DNA of 63,533 nucleotides, counting the filler, from assembly GCA_964501035.1 (NCBI GenBank). It is 6 parts of 6 records of this genome, joined end to end, with 100 filler letters (N's around TTAATTAATTAA, not from the genome) between each part and the next. Parts side by side here need not be neighbours in the genome. Positions count along the whole stretch, not along the records: positions 34,633 to 45,465 come from CAZCRK010000056.1; positions 45,566 to 56,183 come from CAZCRK010000057.1; 4 more parts are not named here. One strand, given 5' to 3'. Below are positions 38,585 to 49,733 of the stretch, one piece after another. Under the pieces are notes generated by a model that made no database searches, was not told the origin of the DNA, and saw only the letters and a list, made by a program, of their open reading frames with translations. How positions within the stretch are numbered: position 1 is the first letter of the stretch; each line of letters starts with the position of its first letter. A program made the position numbers and the translations under genes.

Positions 38585-39970
38585 TTACTTCCCGGGTTCT
38601 GTCATGGATTTGGGGTCTAGAAGTTGTGCCAATTCATCTTCTGGTAATACGGCATCTTCCAAAGCGATTTCTCGAACTGTTTTTCCAGTTTCATATGCTT
38701 TATGTGCGATTGATGCAGCTTTATCATACCCTATAACTGGAGCTAATGATGTACACATTGCAAGACTACCCTCAATGTAATCTGAACAGACTTTTTCATC
38801 AACTTGGATTCCATCAATAAGTTTTTCTTTGAACATTTTAGTTGCTCCAGTCAAAATTTCAATGGATTGAAGCAAGTTATGAGCAATGAGAGGGAGCATA
38901 ACATTTAACTCAAAAAATCCACCCAAACCGCCTTGGGTTATGGCAACATCATTTCCAATAACTTGTGCAGAAGTTTGAATCATGGCTTCACAAATTACAG
39001 GGTTAACTTTACCCGGCATAATAGATGACCCCGGTTGAACTGAAGGGAGGATAATTTCTCCTAATCCCGTTCTTGGTCCTGAACCGAGCCAACGAATATC
39101 ATTGGCAATTTTAGATAATGAAACTGCAAGTGTTTTCAATGCGCCAGAAACTTCGACTGATGCATCTTGACTTGCTTGAGCTTCAAAATGATTTTCTGCT
39201 TCCTTAAAATCAATACCGCTGAATTTGGTGAGCTCTTTTGCGATTCTGCTTCCAAACTCTTCATGTGTATTAATTCCAGTTCCAACTGCTGTTCCGCCCT
39301 GTGCAAGTTCTGAAAGTAACCCTTGGGTGTTTTTGATCCGTTGAATACCATTTCTGACCATTTGTGAGTAACCAGAAAATTCTTGACCCAATCGAATTGG
39401 TGTTGCATCTTGCAAATGGGTTCGACCTATTTTAATAACTGAATCAAATTCCGTTGCTTTTTTGGACAACGAATCAGCCAATGATTCTAACGCAGGTATT
39501 AACTCTTTGGTGAGTTCAATATTTGCAGCAACATGAATTGATGTGGGTATCACATCATTACTTGATTGTCCATAATTTACATGATCATTAGGATGTACAG
39601 GTTCTCTTGAACCAATTTTACCACCCATAATTTCACTTGCTCTATTTGCGATAATTTCATTGGTATTCATGTTGCTCGATGTGCCTGAGCCAGTTTGAAA
39701 AATGTCTACAGGAAACTGAGAATCAAATTTTCCATCAATAACTTCGTCAGCTGCTTGAATAATTGCATTCATTCTCTCTGTATCTAAATTTCCTAAATCA
39801 TTATTTACAATTGATGCGGAGCGTTTAATCATTCCCAATGCTCGAATCAGTGCTTTTGGAATTGTTATTCCACTTACTGGAAAGTTTTCCACTGCGCGTT
39901 GAGTTTGTGCACCATAATAGGCATCATCAGGTACAACCATACTTCCCATTGAATCTTTTTCTGTTCTCAT
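38585..39970 (-). CDS. fumC: Fumarate hydratase class II
   Basis: QTGSGTSSNMN, GRTHLQDA, PGSSIMPGKVNP. Confidence 0.95.
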   Translation of the reverse strand: MRTEKDSMGSMVVPDDAYYGAQTQRAVENFPVSGITIPKALIRALGMIKRSASIVNNDLGNLDTERMNAIIQAADEVIDGKFDSQFPVDIFQTGSGTSSNMNTNEIIANRASEIMGGKIGSREPVHPNDHVNYGQSSNDVIPTSIHVAANIELTKELIPALESLADSLSKKATEFDSVIKIGRTHLQDATPIRLGQEFSGYSQMVRNGIQRIKNTQGLLSELAQGGTAVGTGINTHEEFGSRIAKELTKFSGIDFKEAENHFEAQASQDASVEVSGALKTLAVSLSKIANDIRWLGSGPRTGLGEIILPSVQPGSSIMPGKVNPVICEAMIQTSAQVIGNDVAITQGGLGGFFELNVMLPLIAHNLLQSIEILTGATKMFKEKLIDGIQVDEKVCSDYIEGSLAMCTSLAPVIGYDKAASIAHKAYETGKTVREIALEDAVLPEDELAQLLDPKSMTEPGK

Positions 39971-39998
39971 GTTGGTTCCTTAATTTCTTAAAAGAATA

Positions 39999-40532
39999 TC
40001 AACCGCCTTCGCGTTGACTTTGTTGACGGACTGGATTTGGTGGTAAATTGATTATTTCATCAAAAAAATAATCTCCCAAATGATTAATGATATCGGAAAT
40101 AGTAACAACGGCAATTAATTTTTCATTATCATCCACGATAGGAATATTTCTAAAACCACCAGTTGCCATTTTGTTTAGTGCAAATGCAATTGGATCAGAT
40201 GAACGAAGACATTCGGGATTTGAAGTCATAAAGTTAGAAACTAATTCGGAATCTAAATTCAATCGTTTTCCAACAACTTTTAGGAGTATATCTCGTTCAG
40301 TAATTATACCAACAATCTTGGTGTTTGACTCAACAATGATACATCCTATATGATTTTGTTGTAGAATATTAATAGCTTCTTGCAAACACGCATCTTTCGA
40401 TATTGTTTTATGTGTTTGAACTGGGATTGAGCTAATGGAGTCTGATAGGGAAATTGCTTTCTCAATGCTCCCTCTCCTAGATTTCCGTTTTCCGTACATC
40501 TCCCTGAGTTCATCATCAAGTATATCAAACAT
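39999..40532 (-). CDS. CBS domain protein
   Basis: IVGIITERDIL, FMTSNP, GFRNIPIVD. Confidence 0.88.
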   Translation of the reverse strand: MFDILDDELREMYGKRKSRRGSIEKAISLSDSISSIPVQTHKTISKDACLQEAINILQQNHIGCIIVESNTKIVGIITERDILLKVVGKRLNLDSELVSNFMTSNPECLRSSDPIAFALNKMATGGFRNIPIVDDNEKLIAVVTISDIINHLGDYFFDEIINLPPNPVRQQSQREGG

Positions 40533-40550
40533 AGTATCCCCTTTATTTTT

Positions 40551-41567
40551 TTATTCAACAGTCCATGAATTGGTAGCAGTAAACAACTCTTGGATTTTCC
40601 CTTTTCCTTTTTTAGAAATTGCCTCATCAATTTGTTCGGTCATCATCGTATCATAAGAAGGTTTATCTTCACGATACAAAACCCCTAAAGGAGTTGGTAA
40701 CCCTGGATGATATGTAATTTCACTCATTAGCATAGCCAAATTTTTATCTGTTTCATCGTGAATCACAATATCATCAATGGAAGCATTATTCCCGATTTCA
40801 ACTACTTCAAATTGAGAACCAACTAATTTTAATCCTTTTGAATTATCTTTTCCAAACAATAATGGTTTATCATGTTCTAAAAATAATTGTGTTTCTGCTT
40901 TCATAGCTCTGTCAGATAAATCAGAAAATGCTCCATCATTAAAAATTACACAATTTTGATATACTTCAACGAACGACGTCCCTTTATGTTCATGAGATTT
41001 TGTTAACATAGAGGCCATGTGCTTTTGTTCTTTGTCTAAAGTACGTGCAATAAATGTACCTCCAGAACCCAATGCTAACTGGGGTGGGTTGAAAGGATAG
41101 TCTAATGATCCAACGGGTGAAGATTTAGTTACTTTCCCTAATTCAGACGTAGGGGAGTACTGCCCTTTAGTTAATCCATAAATTCTATTATTAAACATGA
41201 CAATATTCATGTCGATATTCCTACGCAAAACATGAATAAAATGATTGCCACCAATACTCATTGCATCACCATCACCAGTTATAACCCACACAGATAACTC
41301 AGGATTAGCAAGTTTAGCACCGGATGCTAGAGCAGGAGCACGTCCATGAATACCATGAAATCCATACGTTTCCATATAATATGGGAATCTACTTGAACAA
41401 CCAATACCAGAAAATACGGCAAAATTCTCTTTTTTAACACCCAAAGCAGGGAATATTTTTTGAATTTGGGCTAAAATAGCATAATCACCGCATCCAGGAC
41501 ACCATCGAACTTCTTGATTGGATACAAAGTCTTTTCTTGTTAATGGTTGTGTTTCTAATTCAGTCAT
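40551..41567 (-). CDS. korB: 2-oxoacid:ferredoxin oxidoreductase beta subunit
   Basis: WCPGCGD, SGIGCSS, GDGD TPP motif, YGLTKGQ. Confidence 0.92.
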   Translation of the reverse strand: MTELETQPLTRKDFVSNQEVRWCPGCGDYAILAQIQKIFPALGVKKENFAVFSGIGCSSRFPYYMETYGFHGIHGRAPALASGAKLANPELSVWVITGDGDAMSIGGNHFIHVLRRNIDMNIVMFNNRIYGLTKGQYSPTSELGKVTKSSPVGSLDYPFNPPQLALGSGGTFIARTLDKEQKHMASMLTKSHEHKGTSFVEVYQNCVIFNDGAFSDLSDRAMKAETQLFLEHDKPLLFGKDNSKGLKLVGSQFEVVEIGNNASIDDIVIHDETDKNLAMLMSEITYHPGLPTPLGVLYREDKPSYDTMMTEQIDEAISKKGKGKIQELFTATNSWTVE

Positions 41568-41571
41568 TTTA

Positions 41572-43413
41572 TTATCCCTTAACCATTTTATTAATTTTAT
41601 GAAGTATTTCTGATGATGTAAACGGTTTGCCTTGCACTTTACCGAAGTTTACAGCATCCACTAAATATTTAGCCCGTAACATTGTTGTTAGCTGACCCAA
41701 GTTTAATTCAGGTACAAGTACCTTTTGGAATTTGACCAAAATATCACCTAAGTTTTTTGGGAAGGGGTTAATGTTTCGTAAATGGAGGTGTGACACTGTA
41801 AGTCCATTTGTTTGAGCTTTCTCTACTGCAGAACGAATTGCACCATGAGTACCACCCCATCCAACGACAAGCAAATCTCCACTCTCTTTACCAAACACTT
41901 TAGCATTTGGAATATCATTTGCAATAATATCAATTTTTTTCTGACGAAGCTCAACCATATATTGGTGATTGCTTGGTTCATAATTAACATTGCCAGAAAC
42001 ATCTTGTTTTTCAAGTCCACCAATTCGATGTTCTAAATTTGGAGTACCTGGTGTTGCCCAAGGCCGTGCTAGCAAATCATTGTTATGGTTGAATGTATCT
42101 ACAGGTTTACTTCCATCAACTTTTTGAGTTATAATTTTTGGAAGATCTGCCATGTTTGGAACCTTCCATGGTTCGGATCCATTTGCAATATATCCATCTG
42201 ATAAAACAACTACTGGAATCATATACTTCAAAGCCAACCTACTTGCTTCATAGGCGATATGAAACCCGTCAGCAGGAGTTGCTGCAGCTAAAACTACTAA
42301 AGGTGCTTCACCATTTCTATTATACATTGCTTGAAATAAATCAGATTGCTCTGTTTTTGTTGGCAATCCTGTTGATGGTCCACCACGTTGAACGTTAATG
42401 ATAACAATTGGAAGTTCTGTCATTACTGCAAGACCCATTGCTTCCGATTTAAGTGCCAGACCAGGTCCACTAGTAGCTGTAACTGCCAAATTTCCTGCAA
42501 ATGATGCACCAATTGTACTTACAATTCCTGCAATTTCATCTTCTGCTTGGAATGTTTTTACACCAAACTGTTTGTAACCTGATAAATAATGTAATATATC
42601 AGTAGCAGGAGTTATGGGATACCCACCATAAAATAAATCTAAATCAGCATTTTCTGCTGCAGCCAACAGACCCAATGCTGTTGCGTGATTTCCCATGATA
42701 TTTCTATAGGTTCCTTTGTCAAATTTTGCCCTAGAAACTTTAAAGGTAGTTTTTATTGCTTCAATAGTTTCACCGTAGTTGAAACCTGCAGAAATAGCTT
42801 TTTTATTGGCCTCTACAATTTCAGGCTTTGTCGCAAATTTTTTCTTCAGAAAGTTAATAGTTGTTTCCATATTTCTACCATAGAGCCAATACAATAACCC
42901 TAAAGCAAACATATTTGTACTTCGTTGTACTATTTTTGAGGAAAGTCCCATATCTTCTAGAGCTGAAGCTACTAATAAATTCATGTCGACAGGTATTACT
43001 TGAAATCCTTCTAAAGTATCATCTTCAACTGGACTATGATCCCATCCTGCAAGTTTTAAATTCTTTTTGTTGAAATTCGCAGTATTAATAACTAAAAGCC
43101 CATTATCTTTCAAATCACTCAAATGTACTTTTAATCCTGCAGGATTCATTGCAACTAAAACATCAAGTTCATCACCAGGTGTATGAATAGTCTTGTTACT
43201 AAATTGAATTTGGAAAGAGCTGACCCCTGCTAGAGATCCTTTTGGAGCTCGTATTTCTGAGGGATAGTCTGGAAGAGTTGCTAAATCGTTTCCGAAGATA
43301 GCAGTATTGTTTGAAAATTGTGTTCCGGTAAGTTGCATACCATCACCAGAATCGCCTGCAAATCGAATTGTAACAATATCACGTTCGATAACAGTTTTAC
43401 TACCATTACTCAT
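41572..43413 (-). CDS. korA: 2-oxoacid:acceptor oxidoreductase alpha subunit
   Basis: AGDSGDGMQ, YPITP, QAEDE, QRGGPSTGLPT. Confidence 0.92.
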   Translation of the reverse strand: MSNGSKTVIERDIVTIRFAGDSGDGMQLTGTQFSNNTAIFGNDLATLPDYPSEIRAPKGSLAGVSSFQIQFSNKTIHTPGDELDVLVAMNPAGLKVHLSDLKDNGLLVINTANFNKKNLKLAGWDHSPVEDDTLEGFQVIPVDMNLLVASALEDMGLSSKIVQRSTNMFALGLLYWLYGRNMETTINFLKKKFATKPEIVEANKKAISAGFNYGETIEAIKTTFKVSRAKFDKGTYRNIMGNHATALGLLAAAENADLDLFYGGYPITPATDILHYLSGYKQFGVKTFQAEDEIAGIVSTIGASFAGNLAVTATSGPGLALKSEAMGLAVMTELPIVIINVQRGGPSTGLPTKTEQSDLFQAMYNRNGEAPLVVLAAATPADGFHIAYEASRLALKYMIPVVVLSDGYIANGSEPWKVPNMADLPKIITQKVDGSKPVDTFNHNNDLLARPWATPGTPNLEHRIGGLEKQDVSGNVNYEPSNHQYMVELRQKKIDIIANDIPNAKVFGKESGDLLVVGWGGTHGAIRSAVEKAQTNGLTVSHLHLRNINPFPKNLGDILVKFQKVLVPELNLGQLTTMLRAKYLVDAVNFGKVQGKPFTSSEILHKINKMVKG

Positions 43414-43653
43414 GATTTCTGTGTTTCCTAATTATTAATAAATAAAAAGCGGATTTTATCGAAAAATCCAGCACGAAAAATTACCCAACTATTTAGGTAC
43501 TAGACAAAATATTATCATATAAAATTCAAAAAGAATATGCCTAGTATTTTGGTAGATGAATTAAAACCTAACTTTTATTACTAAATTCTACCCTTTCACA
43601 TCAGATATGTGTAAATTACTCCGTTTTTATGGGTATTAATTTTAAGGGTTAAA

Positions 43654-45465
43654 ATGAATAATTTATATTTACTAATTTTATTTTCAATATCGCTTTTGAT
43701 GGCTGAACCAATTGTAAATGATGAAACAGGTTGGGCTTATGAGCAATCAACATCAATAGGGTATTATATTTTTGAACAAGTCCAAATTGATGGTCAACCT
43801 GCTGAAACATCTGATGTTTTGGGAGCATTCTTCAACGATGTGTGTGTGGGGTGGACGTATATGAATGGTGTTGATTGGGAAACAACCTTGCCATTGATGG
43901 GTGCAATTGAAGATTTCCCCAGTTATTTAAATGAAGGTGATATACCCACACTTAAAATGTATGATGCAACTTATGGAACTATTCTTGAAGCATCCACTGT
44001 AGAAGATTTACCAGGGTGGCAATCTGAATTTGCAATTCCAGTGAGTGGTGTTTCATTTGCAAACAATCCAATTATAAATACAGCTACCGGTTGGTATTAC
44101 AGCCAATCTGCTTCGCAATCCTTTTACATTTTTGAAGATATATTAGCATTTAATCAACCCCTAAATGAAACGCATGTTATTGGGTCATTTAAAGGAGACT
44201 TGTGTACTGGTTGGGTAGTTGCTAATCCAAACGGGAATACAACTGTACCTGTCATGGGTGTAGATACTTTAAATTTTGATTACTTTAATAGTGGCGAAAT
44301 TCCAGATTTTAAATTATTTGATATTGAAAATGGCATAGTATATATTTTACCTTCATCAGAAATACCGGCGTTTAACGATGGAGTTAACTATATTGAAGGG
44401 ACTTCCATTGCGAATGATATTTTTGGGTGTATGGATGATACCGCATGTAACTACAATTATATGGCAAATATTGATGATGGAAGTTGTTTGTATGTTACCG
44501 ATGATTTTGGAGGATGTTGTGATGAATTGTTTGTCTATTTTGAAGATGCTGATGGTGATACATTAGGTGATCCAGATTCAAGTATTGAAGCGTGTGAAAT
44601 TCAAGATGGATATGTTGTGAATAGTGATGATGAATATCCAGACTGCTTCTCCAACATTGTAGATTGTGCAGGTGTGTGTGATGGTGATGCACTATTAGAT
44701 AACTGTGGTGTGTGTGATGATGATGCGACAAATGATTGTACCCAAGACTGTGCTGGAGTTTGGGGTGGTGATGCTCAATTGGAATTGTATTGTAGTGATG
44801 GCGATGGTGATAATCTTGGTCTTCCTGGAACCGAAACAGAGTTTTGTGATGCTCTTGTGGAAGAAGGTTGGGTAGAAGATTGTTCAGATTTGGATGACGA
44901 CTGTGCATCCAACTTTCATGATTGTGCAGGTATTTGTGATGGTACGGCTATTGTGCAGTCATATTGGTTCGATTCGGATGGGGATGGTCTTGGAGCTGGA
45001 GAATCAACAGAGTTTTGTGATGCATTTGCAGAAGACAATTGGGTGACGAACAATGATGATGCAGATGATGATTGTTTCTCAAATCACCATGACTGTAACG
45101 GAGTATGTGACGGTGATGCACAAGTACTCACTTATTGTAGTGATTCTGACTCAGATGGCTTTGGTCAACCTGGAACTGAAACTGATTTTTGTGATGCTCT
45201 TCTTGAAGATGGTTGGGTAGAAGATTGTTCGGATGAAGATGACGATTGTTATTCAAACATTCACGATTGTGCCGGAGTTTGTGACGGTACAGCCGTAGTT
45301 GAAACCTACTATTATGATGCAGACGGAGATGGACTTGGAGCAGGAGATTCCTCTGATTTTTGTGATGCCTTAGTTGAAGATGGTTGGGTAACCAACAATG
45401 ATGATACAGATGATGATTGTTTCTCAAATTACCATGACTGTAACGGAGTATGTGACGGTGATGCG
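43654..45465 (+). CDS. Secreted Cys/Asp-rich repeat protein (3' partial)
   Basis: Signal peptide; two N-terminal homologous domains; GCMDDTACNY; YxDxDGDGLG and DCAGVCDG repeats with about 345-bp doublet period. Confidence 0.85.
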
Positions 45466-45565
45466 NNNNNNNNNNNNNNNNNNNNNNNNNNNNNNNNNNN
45501 NNNNNNNNNTTAATTAATTAANNNNNNNNNNNNNNNNNNNNNNNNNNNNNNNNNNNNNNNNNNNN
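45466..45565. other. Artificial contig linker
   Basis: N44-TTAATTAATTAA-N44. Confidence 0.97.
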
Positions 45566-45607
45566 CCAATCAGGTTTTTTAGTTGGAGGTTCTTGGACTT
45601 TAATCAT
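45566..45607 (-). CDS. lipA: Probable lipoyl synthase N-terminus (cut by contig end)
   Basis: MIKVQEPPTKKPDW matches the typical LipA KPDWL start; lipB/lpdA operon context. Confidence 0.55.
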
Positions 45608-45612
45608 TAATT

Positions 45613-48474
45613 TTATGGAAGATTTTGATACTCTTCATATTTCTTCCAAATATTTTGAGCAAGTTTCATTTCTTTATCTGCATTTTTATATAAACCATAG
45701 GCGTTTTCAATTAACTCTTTTGCTTTTTGAGTATTACCATGCTCTTCTAAAAATAATGCATAATAATAGTTTATATCAGGATAATTTTTTCCACCTATAT
45801 TCATAATTTGAGAAAAATATTCCTCAGCTTTTCGTTTTTTACCAATCTTATTATAACATTGAGCTATTTTAATAAATGCAAGTTTATTTTCAGTTGTTGA
45901 TAACAATGCAATTGATTCTTCAAACTTTTTAATTGCCTCTTCATAATTACCATCATGCATTTGAATTAAACCATAACAATAGCTATAATCATAAGCATAC
46001 TGCCCACCTACACCAGCACCTGTTTCAGCAGCAATTGCGTTTTCTAAAACTAGTTTAAGATTATCTATATCACCTCTAAATTTGTAATAAATACGTTTAA
46101 AAAAGTAATGGAACTTATCTAAGGGTGGCTGTGTTAGCATCTGTTCAAGCATTCCAATAATTTCATTGGCTGATTGGTCATCTTCTAAATATGCTAAATA
46201 ATATAATATTCTTTGATTCATAAAAATTGGCATAAACCCTCCATAAACTCTACCCATTACACCTTGCCCTTGCTTTACGTATTCAATAGCATCTCTAAAC
46301 TTACCATAATGAGAAACTTTTCTTCTTTTCTCTAAAATTAGGGCTAGAGTATCATTAGGTTCAGTATATTTACTTTGCAATGCTTCATATTCAGATAAAT
46401 AATCTTCCATACTCCAGGATTTTAAATTACCGGTATTTTCAAGATATTTTAAATCAAATTCCATACTTTTTTCACCATATGTACTTGCTTTTAGAAAATG
46501 TTCATCTGCTTTTTCGTAGTTACTATTATTCCTGTAAAAGTAAGCTAACCTTTTATGTACATTTTGAGAATTTGGATATAGTTTTTCATATTTCTTATAA
46601 TATTCTAATGCCTTTTTATCATCACCAATAGCATTTTCATAAGTATGACCAATTTGAATTAACATATCATCTTCACTTGGATTGATTTCTATAATTTTTT
46701 TGTAAATAGAAATTACTTTTTCATAATCCCCATCCATATGTGCAAATTGCAATGCAATATCATATGCTTGCCTATCATCTGGATGTAGTTCTAACCACAT
46801 TTCAAGTACCTTTTGTCTACGAACATGGTCTTCTATTTTCCCTGTATCAAGCAAACCTATTTTAACTGGGAATGTACATCTCTCTGGAAGCTTAGAACTG
46901 TATTTATCTGCTTGTTCTAAATGTTTAAATCTCCCTGGGATATCATTATTAAGAATTTTAAATATAGAGGCCAAAAAATGCCCATATGCAAATGTATTAT
47001 CAATTTCAAGTGCCTTATCAATATATTTTATAGCATTTTCTATATCACCATCACCCCATAAGTCCATAGAAATGCTTAAATTTTTAAGTGCATCAAATGA
47101 ATTTGTAGATATCTCTGTTATAGGCAAATCTATAACATTATCAAGATATGTTTGAGGTATACCAACCCCTTTCTTTATATTTAATGATAATTGATCTATG
47201 ATAGAGAAAATATCTTTATCCTCAATAGAAATGCTATGAATTACTTTTAAATTATTTGCATTATAAACATTTAACTCCACAAAATAAATATCATCTATTA
47301 AATCATAATGACCTGTTGTAAAATATTCAGCATGATAATAACCAGCTAATTTCTTTTTTTCTTGAAGAGGAATTATCTCATCTCCAAAACCCATATCTTT
47401 AGCTTTCATATTTGCATATGTAGTATGATCAACAATATAATAATCTTGTGCAAGATCAAGTTCTATCATTGAAGGAAGAGATGCTTCTAACCATTTTAAA
47501 TCATCATTACCTGATTTATTTTCAAAATCCCATATAATAATATTTTTCTTAAAATCAGGTTTTATAATAGTTTTAGTAAATTCATTTCCATTTTCATCTG
47601 TAACAGTAATATCCTCTGTTACAGCACCCAAATCTTTTGGATAAAAGAATATAAATAGCAATAGCGTAGAAACAATTAGATTTGTAGGTACTGCAATTCT
47701 TTCTATTCTATTCCATTTATCCTTACCTGGACGACCATGAAAATATGATAAAATCAAGACACTAGGTAGCATTGATATAGAGATTGCCAATGATAAATCA
47801 ACTAAATGAGGTGATAATAAATAACGATCTACTATCCAATTTATAAACTGAATAACACCCCAAGATATTGCTAAATACAATCCTATAAATTGAGGAACTC
47901 TTCGTTCAAATAAATCACTTATTAATGATTTTTCAATATATCTTACATCTGTTTGGGTTTGCTTAACTGTACTATCTTTCGCCAATGAAACTTGATACAT
48001 AGATATTAATTCATCAATACCCTTTACTTTTTTTTCACCTATTGAGTTAATAGTAAATTTTGATTTATTTTTAATCTCTTTAAATACGCTATCAGAAATA
48101 ACGGTACAACCAGGTGTTGCAAAAGCATGAATACGAGAAGCTATATTTACACCAGCTCCAAAAATATCTTCTCCTTCTTTAACAACATCTCCTATATGTA
48201 CAGCTGCACGAATTGAAAAATCATCTTCTGGATTAATATCGTTGTGTAGCTTAAGTGTAAAATTAACAGCATCAGTTGCGCTATTAAACATAATAAGATC
48301 ACCATCACCAATTTCTTTGATGTATTCTCCGTCAAATTCTTTGAGTGTTGTTTGAATATTATCTCGCTGCTTATGTCTTATATTTAGGGCTTTAGACTCA
48401 TCTTTATTCATCATAGATGTAAAGTTACTAATATCTGTAAAAACGATAGCTGCTAGTTGTCTTTTTTTACTCAT
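45613..48474 (-). CDS. Class III adenylate/guanylate cyclase with TM segments and periplasmic TPR region
   Basis: [29 protein letters not shown]; 3 TM helices; TPR repeats. Confidence 0.88.
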   Translation of the reverse strand: MSKKRQLAAIVFTDISNFTSMMNKDESKALNIRHKQRDNIQTTLKEFDGEYIKEIGDGDLIMFNSATDAVNFTLKLHNDINPEDDFSIRAAVHIGDVVKEGEDIFGAGVNIASRIHAFATPGCTVISDSVFKEIKNKSKFTINSIGEKKVKGIDELISMYQVSLAKDSTVKQTQTDVRYIEKSLISDLFERRVPQFIGLYLAISWGVIQFINWIVDRYLLSPHLVDLSLAISISMLPSVLILSYFHGRPGKDKWNRIERIAVPTNLIVSTLLLFIFFYPKDLGAVTEDITVTDENGNEFTKTIIKPDFKKNIIIWDFENKSGNDDLKWLEASLPSMIELDLAQDYYIVDHTTYANMKAKDMGFGDEIIPLQEKKKLAGYYHAEYFTTGHYDLIDDIYFVELNVYNANNLKVIHSISIEDKDIFSIIDQLSLNIKKGVGIPQTYLDNVIDLPITEISTNSFDALKNLSISMDLWGDGDIENAIKYIDKALEIDNTFAYGHFLASIFKILNNDIPGRFKHLEQADKYSSKLPERCTFPVKIGLLDTGKIEDHVRRQKVLEMWLELHPDDRQAYDIALQFAHMDGDYEKVISIYKKIIEINPSEDDMLIQIGHTYENAIGDDKKALEYYKKYEKLYPNSQNVHKRLAYFYRNNSNYEKADEHFLKASTYGEKSMEFDLKYLENTGNLKSWSMEDYLSEYEALQSKYTEPNDTLALILEKRRKVSHYGKFRDAIEYVKQGQGVMGRVYGGFMPIFMNQRILYYLAYLEDDQSANEIIGMLEQMLTQPPLDKFHYFFKRIYYKFRGDIDNLKLVLENAIAAETGAGVGGQYAYDYSYCYGLIQMHDGNYEEAIKKFEESIALLSTTENKLAFIKIAQCYNKIGKKRKAEEYFSQIMNIGGKNYPDINYYYALFLEEHGNTQKAKELIENAYGLYKNADKEMKLAQNIWKKYEEYQNLP

Positions 48475-49724
48475 ATTTTTACCTCATTATCTGAAAAATT
48501 TTCTAATAAATTTTTAAGTTTTGCCAAGTATCTTGTACCATAAGCACCATCTATAATCCTATGGTCATAGGCCAGTGTTAAATACATCATACTCCTTATA
48601 ACTACGACATCTCCATATTCTGTTTCTTTTACAACAGGTCTTTTATGTATTGAACCAACACTTAATATAGCTACATTTGGTTGATTTATAATACCCATTC
48701 CAAACAAACTACCAAAAATACCTGGATTTGTTACTGTAAAAGTTGAGCCCTGTGCTTCATCTGGACTTAATTTTCCTTTTCTAGCTCTAGTTGCTAAATC
48801 TGTTGTAGAACGCACCAAGCCTAAGAAATTAAGTTCTTCAGAACGCTTAATCACAGGAACAATCAAATTATTATCTGGTAGGGCAACCGCAACGCCCATA
48901 TTTATGTTTTTATGATGAATAATATTGTTTCCATCTATCGAAGCATTAATTAATGGAAATTCTCGAATTGCTGAAATACATGCATCTAAAATCATAGGAG
49001 TAAATGTGAGCTTGACTCCATGCTTTTTGTGATAACTATCTTTCCATTGATTTCGAGCATCAACTAATGGTGTTACATCAACTTCACTCGTTGAATATAC
49101 ATGCGGAGACGTTTTTACTGACTTTACCATATGCTCTGCAACTTTTGACCGAACTCTATCCATAGGCTCAATTTTAGCAGATAACTGTTGATAAGAGGTA
49201 GGGGCTTGGGCTGGTTGAGGTGTAGGTGGTGTTGTCCTATTTTCAATAAATTGAAGAATGTCCTGTTTAGTTACTCTACCTAAATTGCCTGTACCTACAA
49301 TATTGGATAGTTCTAAATCTGAAATATTTTCTTTTTGTGCAATAGATTTAACCAAGGGTGAGTAAAATTGGCGATCACTATTAACTTTATTAGGACTGAT
49401 TTTTTCTTCACACATTTCATTATTCAACTCTTCCGTGTTTTTTTCTGTGGTTTTTGTTTCTTTTTCTGGTGGGCTAATTTTTTCACCTGCTTCTCCAATG
49501 CGTGCAATTACGTGTCCAACTTCAATAACGTCATTCACCTGTGCTGTACATTCCAACAAAATTCCTTCAGCTGGAGAAGGTACTTCTGAATCAACTTTAT
49601 CTGTGGAAATTTCTAGCAAGGTTTCATCTTTTGCAATTGAATCGCCAACTTTCTTTTTCCACTCTAAGATAGTTCCTTCTGTGATTGACTCACCCATTTT
49701 GGGCATTATTACATCTATGGCCAT
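48471..49724 (-). CDS. Dihydrolipoamide acyltransferase E2
   Basis: Lipoyl domain [10 protein letters not shown]3-binding [22 protein letters not shown]. Confidence 0.95.
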   Translation of the reverse strand: MAIDVIMPKMGESITEGTILEWKKKVGDSIAKDETLLEISTDKVDSEVPSPAEGILLECTAQVNDVIEVGHVIARIGEAGEKISPPEKETKTTEKNTEELNNEMCEEKISPNKVNSDRQFYSPLVKSIAQKENISDLELSNIVGTGNLGRVTKQDILQFIENRTTPPTPQPAQAPTSYQQLSAKIEPMDRVRSKVAEHMVKSVKTSPHVYSTSEVDVTPLVDARNQWKDSYHKKHGVKLTFTPMILDACISAIREFPLINASIDGNNIIHHKNINMGVAVALPDNNLIVPVIKRSEELNFLGLVRSTTDLATRARKGKLSPDEAQGSTFTVTNPGIFGSLFGMGIINQPNVAILSVGSIHKRPVVKETEYGDVVVIRSMMYLTLAYDHRIIDGAYGTRYLAKLKNLLENFSDNEVKI

Positions 49725-49733
49725 TTTTCCCCT

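Noticed and set aside
43449..43472. Hairpin GCGGATTTT-ATCG-AAAAATCCAGC upstream of korA
   Set aside because: Short and imperfect; no support for a regulatory role.
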